From assembly GCA_010356995.1 (NCBI GenBank), contig ML996698.1:307923-371922 (forward strand): 64,000 nucleotides of DNA. The letters run 5' to 3'. This DNA is from Trichodelitschia bisporula. Taxonomy: Eukaryota. The number at the start of each line of letters is the position of its first letter. Position 1 is the stretch's first letter. Of this stretch, positions 53,285-64,000 are shown one piece after another. Made by a program: the position numbers and the translations under genes. The notes under the pieces were generated by a model. It ran no database searches, was not told the DNA's origin, and saw only the letters and a list, made by a program, of their open reading frames with translations.

Positions 53285-54406
53285 CTAAGCTGCAGCCACA
53301 ACCTCAGCGTCGCCCACGGGTTCCGCCGCCGCGACCACGGCCTCTTCAACCACCGTCTCCAAGCTCAACGGCCTCGTCGGCAAACCCAAGTCAGTCGCCT
53401 GCCACGGCTTCTTCTTCGCGTCCTGGATGTTGACGAGACAGTTCTTAGGTCCACTGACACAGCCTACACACGTCAGCGGCTTGCTCCGTAAAGCCTTGCC
53501 AATCGCCCCAGGGGTTGGGTGCTTGACTTACCATTCACGACGATAATGCCATTCTCCTCATCCACCTTCAGCACCTTCAAGTTCTGGATCGTGTGTGACT
53601 CGTTGCCCATCCGCCCCGCCATCTTCTTGCCCGGATGTACACGAGAACCGCTGCCCTGGCTACCGCCCGCTGAACCCATTGCGCGGTGCGTAAGCGAGTT
53701 ACCATGGCTAGCCGGCTGGCCGCTGAAGCCATGCCTCTTCATACCCTGCGGGCCGTCAGCAAGCGCCCCTCCCTCACCCAACCCTACTTACACCCGTAAA
53801 TCCATGCCCCTTAGTATTACTCTTCGTATCCACAAACTGCCCCTCCTTGAACCAACTCGGCCCCAGCAACGCCCCCACCGGCAACAGCGCTTCCTCATTC
53901 CGCACCTTAAACTCATGCAACTCCTCTTTCGGCGCGACCCGCGCCTTCGCATAATGCCCCAGCTCAGGCCGCGTGCAGTTCTGTGGCTTCCGCCACCCGA
54001 ACCCGACTTGCACGGCGCAGTACCCGTGCTTCTTGCGCGTCTTCACCGCGACGACTTGGTTGCGGTCGAGTTGGAGGACGGTGCAGGGCGTGCGGACGCC
54101 CGTCTCCGGGTCGTAGATTGCTGTCATGCCCTTTTTGCGCGCGATGACCCCGGTCCGGTGGGGGAGGGTGTAGGACTTGCGCTCCAGGGCTTTGTCAGTT
54201 GAGAGCGCAGTGGGTGATTTTGCGTGTGGATTGTCCTGGTCCCAGCGGGAGAGACGCAGGTCGACCGGGAGGATGGAGCGGATGCCGCGTGTTTGGGTGT
54301 GAGGTGCGAGGGAGGTGGGAACGGGGCGGAGGGCGAGAGAGGCGGGGACGGGACGGAGGGCGAGTGCCGGGAGCGAGCTCCATGTGAGGGGTGGTCTGGG
54401 GGGCAT
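53285..54406 (-). CDS. MRPL9: Mitochondrial ribosomal protein uL3m, 3 exons
   Basis: [64 protein letters not shown]. Confidence 0.95.
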
Positions 54407-55061
54407 GGCTGTAGGTAATTGGGCGTTGATGGAGTTGAAGCCGGTGGTGATGGCTTCGAGCTGGAGAATCTGATGCCGGCCCATTTTTCGGGCCGGGGGT
54501 CGTTCTAAGGTTAGCCTGTTGGTGCCTGATTAATCTGAGGCTTCGAGAGACTAGAATGAGGCAGTAAGGCGACAAGGCAGCGAGGCGACAAGGCAGCGAT
54601 GGCGTTTCACACTGATGTCTATGGCTGATGAGGGCTTGAGAGGAGGGGCTGACCGACCAACGGATGCCCGCAGCTGGTGAAAGCGGAGGAGGGGAGGGGA
54701 GAGGTGGTTTGCTGGCTGCTGTCTATCGCGCAGCTGTGCATCTTGCTTCATCAACCTGGCGTGGGGAAAAGCTTACCTCTTCTTTTTCTTGCATCTAAAC
54801 ATCTACTCCCAATTCTCATCCCCTTCCACTCTCCACACATCGTCACCAATTCCGCCTCTCACCAACCCGCATTACGTAGGCCTCTGCCCCGCCATCCTAA
54901 CCCACTCTCCGCCGCACTCCCCCCCCACACCCGCCCGCTTGGCCATCTACCGTAGCCCAGCGCCCGCATCTTCCCAGATCGCCAGGCATCTCCCCGCCCC
55001 CGATCATCACCACTGTAACGACCACCATTCGTCCTGTCATTCCGTTCAACCCTCCTCAGCC

Positions 55062-56035
55062 ATGAAGGACGTCGTCCAAAACGCCCTCTCGCTCTTCTGC
55101 CTCATCGCCTGCTGTCCCTGCTGCTTCCCATGCTACGTCTGCCTCATCCGCAGCAACCGCCGGTGCGGAACACGGCGCCGGAACGCCATGGAGTTGGCGG
55201 GATGGGAAAGCAACCCCGTCAGCCCGACCGATGTGCATCCGCTGCCCTCGCGCAAACGTCGTCTATCCATTCCCTCGTCCGCGGAGCCCAGCCTCGCGCC
55301 GGACCAGAAGACAGCAGGCCAGTCACAGTCGGCCTTCTTCGCGAAGTTGCCGCTCGAGTTGCGCTCGCAGATTTACAAGGAGGTGCTCGGCGACTTCTCG
55401 TTATACCTCTTCATCTCGATGAAGAAGTTGCGCCATATCAAGATTGACCGCCACGAGGCTAAGGAGGACCTCGCGGCGCGCCGATACCAGCAGCCGGGCC
55501 CGAGTTTGCTACCGTTGCTGCTTACCTGCCGGCGAATGTATGTATGTCGAGCTGGTGTACAACGGTACTAATGGGGAGCAGATACTCCGAGTCCATTTCG
55601 TATCTCTACAGCTCAAACAAGTTCTCCACCGAACCAGACACCATCCTCTCTCTTACCTCATCCATCCGCCTCTCAAGATTCAACACCATCTCGCAAATAT
55701 CCTTCAGCTGCTCCGTCGCGAACTACCCAGAAGATTTTGACGGTACGAGAGACAGCCTTGGTGTGCTCTGGGAGCGGACGTGCATCGTGCTGGCAAGCAT
55801 GAAGGGGCTGAGGGATCTGCAGGTGAACCTTTGGCCTGCGGCTGTGGGGATTATTGGTCCGGGGTGGGAGCGGGAGTCGGTCAAGATGATGCTCGGTATG
55901 CTGTGCATCATCAAGCAGCCGACCAACTTCGAGGTCAAGATAGAGAGCCAAGAGGTGGACGGGTACGAGATATTCAAGGATGCGCCGTTCAAGCTGACAT
56001 GGAGTCCGGGGTTGATACTGATTGACGAAATCTAG
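55062..56035 (+). CDS. Fungal hypothetical protein with an F-box-like segment, 2 exons
   Basis: QSQSAFFAKLPLELRSQIYKEVLG...LLPLLLTCRRIYSESISYLYSSNKF is a common Pezizomycotina motif pair. Intron 55538-55581. Confidence 0.85.
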
Positions 56036-56611
56036 TTCGGAGTTGGGGCGTTTGTCTTTCTTTGTCGGGTCGCATTTAGAGCGAGCATTGATTTGATGGA
56101 TTAACGGCTATGGGATCGAGGGTTAGCATGATCGGGACTGAGGAATTCATGACGGATTTGCTGGAATGCAACGGGATGGGATGTATGGGATTCGTTCGAC
56201 GGTGAATGAGGACTCCGTATGTTGTAGACAACTCTGAGGAGGTACACAAACGGCCAAGCTATGGTGATCAGCGCCTACTTTTAGGTCAATCATCTCCCTC
56301 CGCAGCAAAAGGATCGAAGCAAAGAAAAGAATGAGTGATTCAGAAGTGAAAGAAGACGCGTCACTCTTGTCTGAAGAAGCGCAGGAAGGCTGTGTTCCGC
56401 CAATCCCTGGCTAACGAGGTTGACTGACCTGCGCCACTTGGCGGATTGCTTGGGAGACGACAGATGTTCGACTTGTTCCCCCTCACTCCCTGCACCACCC
56501 CAACAACCGAGCTCCTCCACCGAACACTTTGCCCACCGACGCGCTGCTGGACCGTTCCGAAGCACCGCCATGATCCCAACCCTTCTCGGCTCCTAGAATC
56601 TCCCCTCCGCA

Positions 56612-58491
56612 ATGTCAGAACCTAGCAGTGCTGCCGCAATGGACTCTGGTGAGATTTCCATGCACTGGTTTTGCACCGCTCCATTCCGGCCTGTAGCTGA
56701 CCACCCTAGCACCGCCGGGCAAGTCAAGCAAGAAGGCGAGCAAGAAGTCGAGGAAGAAGAAGAACCCCGCAAAGGACACCAACGGCTCAGGCCATGCGAG
56801 CAATGGATCTGTTCCCGTCCCCGACGCTGACCACGACTCTGAAGCCGAGGAGAAAGAGCCCGAGCCCCTTCACGTACGCATCCGTCTGGCACACCCGCGT
56901 ACCACACCATTCTAACGGCCGTAGGAAACAGAAGACGAACCCATAGACAGCGAGCCTGTCGATAAGCCCGCCGCCCCCCCATCCCCAGTCCGCAACGGCC
57001 TCCCCACGCGCCCCAAACCCGATCCATCAGACGGTGACCCCGATCCCGCAGATAGTGAACCGGATCCCGACGCCGACCCCTCCACCCGCCTCGACGCCCT
57101 CACCCGCCAACGCGCCTCCCTCCGCGCCGAAGTCGCCCAACTGCGCGCCACCCTCGAGGCCAACCTCACAAAACACGCCGAGGAAATCGCCGCCCTGAAA
57201 CAGGAAGTCGAAGCCGAACGCGCGGAGAAAGAGGCCATCAATGGGAAGTACGATGAGCTGGTGGAGCGCGTGGGCGTCATCCGCGCCAGTCTCGGAGAGC
57301 GGCTTAAGCAGGATAGTCAGGCGATTGAGGAGTACAAGGGGGAGATTGAGGAGCTGCAGGAGCAGGGCGAGGAGCTGCAGAAGGAGAATTCGGTCCTGAA
57401 GGGTAAGGTTGCGAAGTTGAATGGGGAAAATGAGGCGAAGGCGAGGGATATTGATGGGTTGAGGGCGCGGGCGGTGCTGGCGCAGCAGAATTGGGTTAAG
57501 GAGAGGGACGAGCTGATTGCGCGCGAGGCGGGTGCGCGTGAGGAGTTTGAGGTCGCGAAACAGGCGATGCAGGATTGGGAGGTTATTGCCATGGAGGAGC
57601 GGGCCCAGCGTGAGAATCTCGCGGAGCGGGTGGCCGATATGGAAGATCGGCTGGCTTCGCAGCGCGAGGCATATGACCGCGCTGCCGAAGAGCGGGACGC
57701 GCAGGCTCAGACGGTGGACGGGCTGCAGCATGCGTTGCGCGACATACAAGATGGTGTGCTCCTCCTTTGGCCGATGCTGCTTTCCGCGGTAGCTAACGAA
57801 CCCCAGCACGCAAAAAGGAACTCCGCGAGCTGGTCGAAAACTCCCAGTCCCAGCTCTCCGCCTTCCAAGCTCAATTCCAATCCGCCGAGTTGGCGCAACG
57901 AGCCGCAGAAACCGCGCTCGCCGATTCCCGCGCCGAATTGGAGCGCCTCGCGCCCTTTGAGAAGGAAGTTAAGGAGAAGAACCTGCTTATCGGCAAGCTG
58001 CGTCATGAAGCCGTCATCCTTAACGATCACTTGACGAAGGCGCTGCGCTTCCTCAAGCAGCGCAAGCCGGAGGATATGGTTGATCGGCAGATCGTCACGA
58101 ATCATTTCTTGCATTTCCTGGCGCTAGACCGGAGCGATCCGCTTAAATTCCAGGTCCTGCAGCTCATTGCCGCGCTGCTGGCGTGGGACGATGGTAGGCC
58201 CTCCCCTTCCCTCCATACCGTGACTTTGACGAATGAGGCTAACCCCCCACAGAGCAAAAAGAACAAGCCGGCCTCGCGCGCCCCGGCGCCGCCTCCACCG
58301 CCTCCGCACTGCGCGTCCCCCTCACCCCATTCCGCCGCACGCCCTCCAGCCCTTCGCTGCAAAGCGCCGAACTCGCGCTCGAAAACCGCGCGAGCAAAGA
58401 ATCGCTCGCGGAGCTGTGGTCCAGTTTCCTGGAGCGCGAGGCGCAGGAGGGCGCGGCGCGGCGGCCGAGCGGCGCGATGTCACAGCGCTAG
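56612..58491 (+). CDS. RUD3: Golgi matrix coiled-coil protein with GRAB domain (Rud3/GMAP-210-like), 5 exons
   Basis: Long coiled coil, then EKEVKEKNLLIGKLRHEAVILNDHLTKALRFLK, VDRQIVTNHFLHFL, KFQVLQLIAALLAW and SLAELWSSFLE. Four introns. Confidence 0.92.
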
Positions 58492-58626
58492 TGAGGAGGA
58501 TGTATGTTGGGAAGCATTGGATGGTTCTGGGCTGGGCTGGGCTGGTGGGAGGGCGTTGAACGGTGTTGTTACGTAGCCTGCTGTGGTCATGTATACCAAT
58601 TCCCGTGCCCCTCCTCGCCTTGAGGC

Positions 58627-59547
58627 TTATATTTTCGCCTTCTCCTTCTCGCCCACGCGCTCAAACAGCGGCGCGTTGCGCCCGCCCCGGAAGAGGGCAA
58701 GCATTTCCTCCCCCATCCACAGGCCTCTCGCCTTCGCAAGCTCGCGCTCCAAATCAACCATCCGATCACTCTGCACCAACAACCCCATGCCATTCGCCCC
58801 CATCCCCTCGTTCACCAACCACCCCACCGCCAGCGCTACGCTCTCCGCGCGATTAATCGGCACCCCGACCTTCTCCATATCCCGGGCCCAGCTATCCAGA
58901 CTCTCGAGCTGCCGATTCGCGTTTAGAATAGGCGTCACGGTAATGCCGGGCGCGACGAGCGAGATGGCGATGTTGAACGCCGCGACCTCTTGCTTGAGCG
59001 CGCGCATCAGGCCTACGATGCCGTGTTTGGCCGCGGAGTACAGCGGCGCGCCCGCGCTGGCTAGATACCCGGCTAAGCTCGCCGTGAGCACGATGCTCCC
59101 CCCGCGGGGGTTGGCGCGCAGATGGTGGATGGCGAGTTTGGTGGTCATGGCCGCGGCGTCGAGGTCTATCGTCAGAGTGCGCAGGTCCGGGGGCGTCAAC
59201 TTCCCATCCTTGCCCGCGGGTGTGAAGAATTGCTCGCCGTGCTCGGCGATGCCTGCGTTTACGAATACCGCATCGAGGGGGCCGAGGGCTGCGACGGCGG
59301 CGCGAAAGGCGCTTTCTTGGGCGGGCCAGGAGGTTAGGTCGCAGGGGTGGAAGGAGAGGTTTGACGCCGGGAGGGAAAGGGAAGGGGGTGGGGGTTGGAG
59401 ATCGAGGATTGCGATGCGGTTGGTGGGCGAGAGGGTGCCGAGGAGGGAGGCGGTGGCGAGGCCTATGCCGGAGGAGCCGCCGGTTATGAGGATTGTTTTG
59501 TTGCGGAGGGAGGTTAAGGTGGTGGGGTCGACGGTGAAGGTCGTCAT
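58627..59547 (-). CDS. Short-chain dehydrogenase/reductase (15-hydroxyprostaglandin/hydroxyaverantin dehydrogenase-like), single exon
   Basis: ILITGGSSGIG, FVNAGI, TASLAGY, catalytic YSAAKHG, VAPGITVTPI. Confidence 0.92.
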   Translation of the reverse strand: MTTFTVDPTTLTSLRNKTILITGGSSGIGLATASLLGTLSPTNRIAILDLQPPPPSLSLPASNLSFHPCDLTSWPAQESAFRAAVAALGPLDAVFVNAGIAEHGEQFFTPAGKDGKLTPPDLRTLTIDLDAAAMTTKLAIHHLRANPRGGSIVLTASLAGYLASAGAPLYSAAKHGIVGLMRALKQEVAAFNIAISLVAPGITVTPILNANRQLESLDSWARDMEKVGVPINRAESVALAVGWLVNEGMGANGMGLLVQSDRMVDLERELAKARGLWMGEEMLALFRGGRNAPLFERVGEKEKAKI

Positions 59548-60156
59548 GGTGGACGGCGGGATAGAGTGGATTGAGGTTCGACTGAACTGTGAATTGAAGT
59601 TTAGTGGGATGGAGGAAGGACGGTACGATTCCGTGCTAGATATGCTGCGCTACCGTACATAAGCTCCGCCGTCCGGCATTGCGCCGCGGAACCCGTCATC
59701 CACCCCCTCATCTTTGCGGGGTTAGCAAGGCCGAGCGCGCAAATGTGCCTAGGAACAGAGCGTGGGCGCGTCTTTAGTGCGATTAGACTACCTGTCTGGT
59801 TAGCTGCGAGCATAGAGCGCGCGCAAAAGAAGCGAGGGAGCAATTCTGCGCTGCGCTGTTCTTGGCCGCAGCTTCTTGGAGTCTGCAAAGGCGAAGAGGT
59901 GAAGTCGCCATCGCCGCCAACCCCTGACCACTGCGCCCAGGGGTCGCGTATAAAAGTCGTAGCTGAGTTTCCCATATGGTCTCGCGGACCTCGCGTATAT
60001 AACTTTTTTCAACGCGGCGTTTGGCCCGCGCGTTATATACACGTGACGTTTTATCCACGTGACCTCCCCTATCTGTGGAATTTGGCAGACCGACAGCTGG
60101 CACCTGGCCGCATCTCCGCGCATCGCAACCCGCAGTCACCGTCCACATCAACAACC

Positions 60157-60954
60157 ATGGCTCGAATCTCCCGCGGTTCGTCCTCGACGCTGGTTGCGCT
60201 GCTGCTTGCGGCCCTTGTTCTCCCCACCAATGCGCTCTACTTCTACATGCACGGCGGTCAGCCAAAATGCTTCTTCGAGGAGCTGCCGAAGGATACGCTG
60301 GTTGTCGGTGTGTATACCCTTGAGCTACGTTTATGCGGACGGACTGGCTAATTGTCGTCTTCACAGGGCACTACTCGGTCGAGCAATACTCCGCCCAAAC
60401 CCGCGCCTTCGCCCCAGACCACACCGTCGGCCTCACCATCACAGTCGACGAAACCTTCGACAACGACCACCGCATCGTGTCCCAAAAAGGCGACGCAATC
60501 GGGCGCTTCACCTTCAGCGCAGCCGACAGCGGCGAGCACAAGATCTGCTTCCAGCCCACGAACTGGGTGGCGCACAACGGGTGGCTGGTCGGCGGCGAAG
60601 AGGTCGGCGGCATCCGCCTCACGCTCGACCTGGCCATTGGCGAGACGAGCCAGATTGAGAGCACGGATAAGGGCAAGATCCTGGATATTGTGGGCAAGGT
60701 TAAGGATCTGAATGGCCGGTTGCAAGATATCAAGCGCGAGCAGGTGTTCCAGCGGGTACGTGTTTGTGGGAACGTTGGGTGGGGGTTTGGCTAATGTGCT
60801 CCAGGAACGTGAGGCCGAGTTCCGTGATCAGAGCGAGGCGACGAACGCGAAGATTGTGCGCTTTACGCTTGTGCAGCTTGTGGTGCTGGGCGTGACGTGC
60901 GCGTGGCAGCTCAGCCACCTGCGCTCCTTCTTCATCAAGCAGAAGCTGACTTAA
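60157..60954 (+). CDS. p24/emp24/gp25L GOLD-domain cargo receptor (alpha subfamily, Erp1/Erp5-like), 3 exons
   Basis: Signal peptide, [45 protein letters not shown], a TM helix and an FFIKQKLT dilysine tail. Introns 60308-60366 and 60756-60804. Confidence 0.93.
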
Positions 60955-61266
60955 TGGGGTTATACTCGATGTTGCTTTCGGTGTTTGGCGGAGCGGTTCG
61001 TGGAAGGGTTTCTCGGGTCGATACGGGGCTGGTCATTTGAATGAGCGGGATCCCGTTATGTGTACGAATGCATCAATGCTGCGCGCGGTTAAAGGGCGAG
61101 GCAAAACGACAGCGGTTCTTGGGCGTTGTGTGTATGTATTACAGCGAAGCGATAGATGGTGATGTTAATCAACCGCTTCTCTCCGCCGTGCATAATATCT
61201 CTGCAAATGTACCATTCCCAGGGTGAACAACCCCATCCCTCTTTCCGACTTCATGCCCACACCGCC

Positions 61267-61820
61267 TTAAATCGCTATCCAGAACACACTAACAACAATC
61301 GAAAACCCCACCGCCGCCTCACTGTCCACCTTATACGACCACATCCCATCCTTGGCATTATCCCAATACGCCCCGCTCGCCGTGTTCATCCCGCGCCGCC
61401 CGGCCGCCGACGTCTTCGCCTCCTCTGTCACTGGTGCACCGGCGCTGGGCACGTTGTGCTGGATGATGGTGCTGGTGACGATGAACTTGTACGGACTGCG
61501 GCTACCCTTTGGGGAGACTTCGGTGACGAGTTGCTCGATGCATTTTTTCTGCTTGGGTTAGAGAGGGATGGTTGGGGGGGGGGGGGGGGGACGGACGATG
61601 ATGGTGTCGTTCCAGGTGTGCGTTTGCGCGTGCACGTAGGATGATGCGCCGTTGAGGGCGGACGAGGTAGCCTGCGCTGTTAGCTGGGAAGGGTTAAGGG
61701 TGCGGCGGGAAATGTACGCTGGTCACGATCTCCGTGAGGCGGGCTTCGGGGATCTGATGATGTTAGCTTTGGGCGGGGCGGCGCTGGGAAATAGAAGGGG
61801 CGACGGACGGGAGTCGACAT
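61267..61820 (-). CDS. Dynein light chain, Tctex-1 family, 4 exons
   Basis: Spliced product MSTP|IPEARLTEIVTS|ATSSAL...TWNDTII|KKCIEQLV...YKFIVTSTIIQH...RRGMNTASGAYWDNAKDGMWSYK...VSVFWIAI. Confidence 0.9.
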
Positions 61821-62495
61821 GTTGTATGTTGTGGGTAGACCTCCGTACGGGGGCAGTAGAAATCTCACAGAGCGCTCGAAGGTTGAGATTCGGTTCAGTG
61901 GGGTTGAAGCGTGGGGTTGGTGATGTTGTTGTGTTGTTGTTGTTGGGGGGCGGGGAGTGGTTGCCGTGGCTTTCAGGCATGGTTTTAGGGTTCCCCGGTT
62001 TCTGGCTGTGGCTGACATGACTCGTGGCTGATCGGCGGTTGGCCTGGACGTCGTCACACCAAGGGCCGACCATCGTGAAATATCAGTGTGCTCCTTTCAA
62101 GGATACTATGTCGAGAGTAGCAATAAATCTACCCTTTTCCATGATGCTATGCCAGGCTGGTGTTCAAAGGATTCGTGCCCAAAGAACCGCCACTGTCTCG
62201 GTTCATCATAATCAGAGAGCTCTGCGCGTCTCAAACGAAGACCAAGTGCCCAGCAGACGCGCCCCCGTTAACGGCTAAGAGATGCTTCTCTCAGAAGCAC
62301 GCCGCGCACGTAATGTGAGATGTGCATTTCAACGCTTGCAAGCGGGATAAAACCAAACGTAATATGAAAGGCGGGCACCAAAGCCCATCCATTTAACACC
62401 ACATCTAAGAACGAACGCCCAGAGGGGGTATCTCAACGCAGGATTTAAACGCCACAAACGAAAGCTCTAGCGGGGCACCATCAGCACACCCACCC

Positions 62496-64000
62496 TTACA
62501 ACATCATACTCCGTCGGCGGGCCGCTGCTCTATCCCCACGACTAGTCGCCTCAGCAGCCTCACTCTTTACCCGTGCCTCCACTGCGTTCTTCACACCCTC
62601 CCTCATCCTCATCTCCGCAGCCGGATTCGATGAGTGCCGCCGCGACCCCCGCCCCTTAACCGACGCCCGCTCCTCTACAGGGCTCGAGTCATCGAAGTCG
62701 AAGATCGCAAGACTAGCCCGCTTCTGCTCCTCGTCTCCCGAGAGGAATGGATCGGAGGAGGCATGTTCAGCAGGCGGAGCTGCCACTGACGCCGGTCGCG
62801 CCGACTTGCGCCGCTCACTCGCGAGCTTGACGATCTGATGCGCCGCGGCAGCCTGCGCGTTGAGCTCGCGCTGCGACTTATTCTCCTTCGCCGCGGCCGC
62901 GGGCTGCTCCTCAGCCTCGGTCTGAACCGGCCCACGCGCCTCGCTCCTCTTGCTCAGCGGACTCGCAGGCTCCGGCTGATCAAGGGGCGCGGCAGACACG
63001 GACCGCGTCGACAGCCCGGGCAGCGCCTTCCAGGTGTCGCTGTCACTGTCTCCGGGCTCCTTCTTCACGACGGTGCGAATGCTGAGCGGTTTGCCGTCTT
63101 TGCCGACCGCGTCGAGAAGTTCCTTCGTCGGACGCCGCATCTTGCTGATCAGATTCGGCTCTGCGTAGTTCACGGCTGCGCGGGCGCGGCGGCCCGGGCG
63201 ACCGTTGGCTTCGGTGGTGGCGTGCGGGTTGAGTTCGGTGGGTGGGGGGGTGTCTTTAGGGCCGGAGCGGGTGGAGGGTTGGGTGGAGGGGGGCGAGATG
63301 AAGTCTGCAGGGGCGGGCGTCTTGGGGTGGAGGTTCGCGGCTTGCGCAGGCTCTTTGAACTGTTCTGGTGGCGGAATTCGAATGCTGAGCGCAGCGGCAT
63401 GTTCGGTGCGAGATTTGGGACGAGGCCGCGCTGACACGATCGGCTTCTTACCCGGAGGCTTTTCGTTGGCTGCCGCCTTCGTTGGCTTCTGGGGAGACAC
63501 GATTGGATCGGTGTTGACGGTTTCTGTAGATAGTTAGAAAATATACGAGAAATATGGACATGGATCAACGCACTCTCGCCTAACGCCTTTCTAGATATGG
63601 TGACGACACGGATGCCATCCTCGTTGACGACCAGCTTGCGCTCCTCCGCTGCCTTCGGTCTGGCATCAGACACAGACTGAGCAGGCTTATCTGCTGCGCC
63701 TTTGCGACTGAACGTAAACTCAACAGGAACGGAAGAATCCAGTTTCGGCTCGTCATCCCTCGCGCCCAGCTTTCGCTTCGATCCTGCTCGGACAGGCGCC
63801 TGCTCCGTTTTTTTCGCACCGTTATCATCCTCAATGCGCTCAGGAGGGGAGTTAAAGACGGCCATCCGCTTGATAGCTAGCTTCTGATGGACATCTCTGC
63901 GCTTTCCTCGAGTTTCGATGTTGGCGGAGAGTTGCGATGCCAACGCATCCGCATCCGGTTCCCTTTCGCAGGGGTCAACTTGCGGCTCGGGATCGTACTT
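62496..64000 (-). CDS. SGO1: Shugoshin, 3' part (gene continues beyond the window)
   Basis: SGO C-terminal basic motif RPGRRARAAVNYAEPNLISKMRRPTK, RKALGE|KTVNTDP across intron 63524-63573, and a terminal RRRSMML. Confidence 0.9.

Noticed and set aside
1..64000. tRNA, rRNA, spliceosomal snRNA, RNase P/MRP and TPP riboswitch motifs
   Set aside because: A by-eye search found no complete diagnostic motif set; tRNAscan-SE and Rfam scans are needed to exclude them firmly.

Overview
GC-rich, intron-containing eukaryotic DNA from a filamentous ascomycete (Pezizomycotina, inferred from gene families, short GT-AG introns and CTRAC branch sites). It holds about 16 recognisable protein genes: a Pro/Ser-rich conserved protein, PNKP, KGD4/YMR31, an RPN4-like C2H2 factor, an STF2-like protein, EFM6, a Zn2Cys6/acetyltransferase-fold fusion, MCT1, two SDRs, mitochondrial uL3, an F-box-like protein, a RUD3-like golgin, a p24 cargo receptor, Tctex-1 and a partial shugoshin. 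There are two clear pseudogenes (AXL2 and a Crinkler-type NTPase+REase) and an ~816-bp TIR element with an 8-bp target-site duplication. The most striking hypothesis is a candidate telomerase RNA locus at ~43.7-47.25 kb. It has a TTAGGG template, a CR4/5-like three-way junction, a long terminal hairpin and an ATAAGT motif, and it appears to enclose the NTPase-REase pseudogene. A second unexplained, multiply pseudoknotted element lies at 10.87-11.34 kb. All family calls come from motif recognition by eye; no database search or folding program was run.
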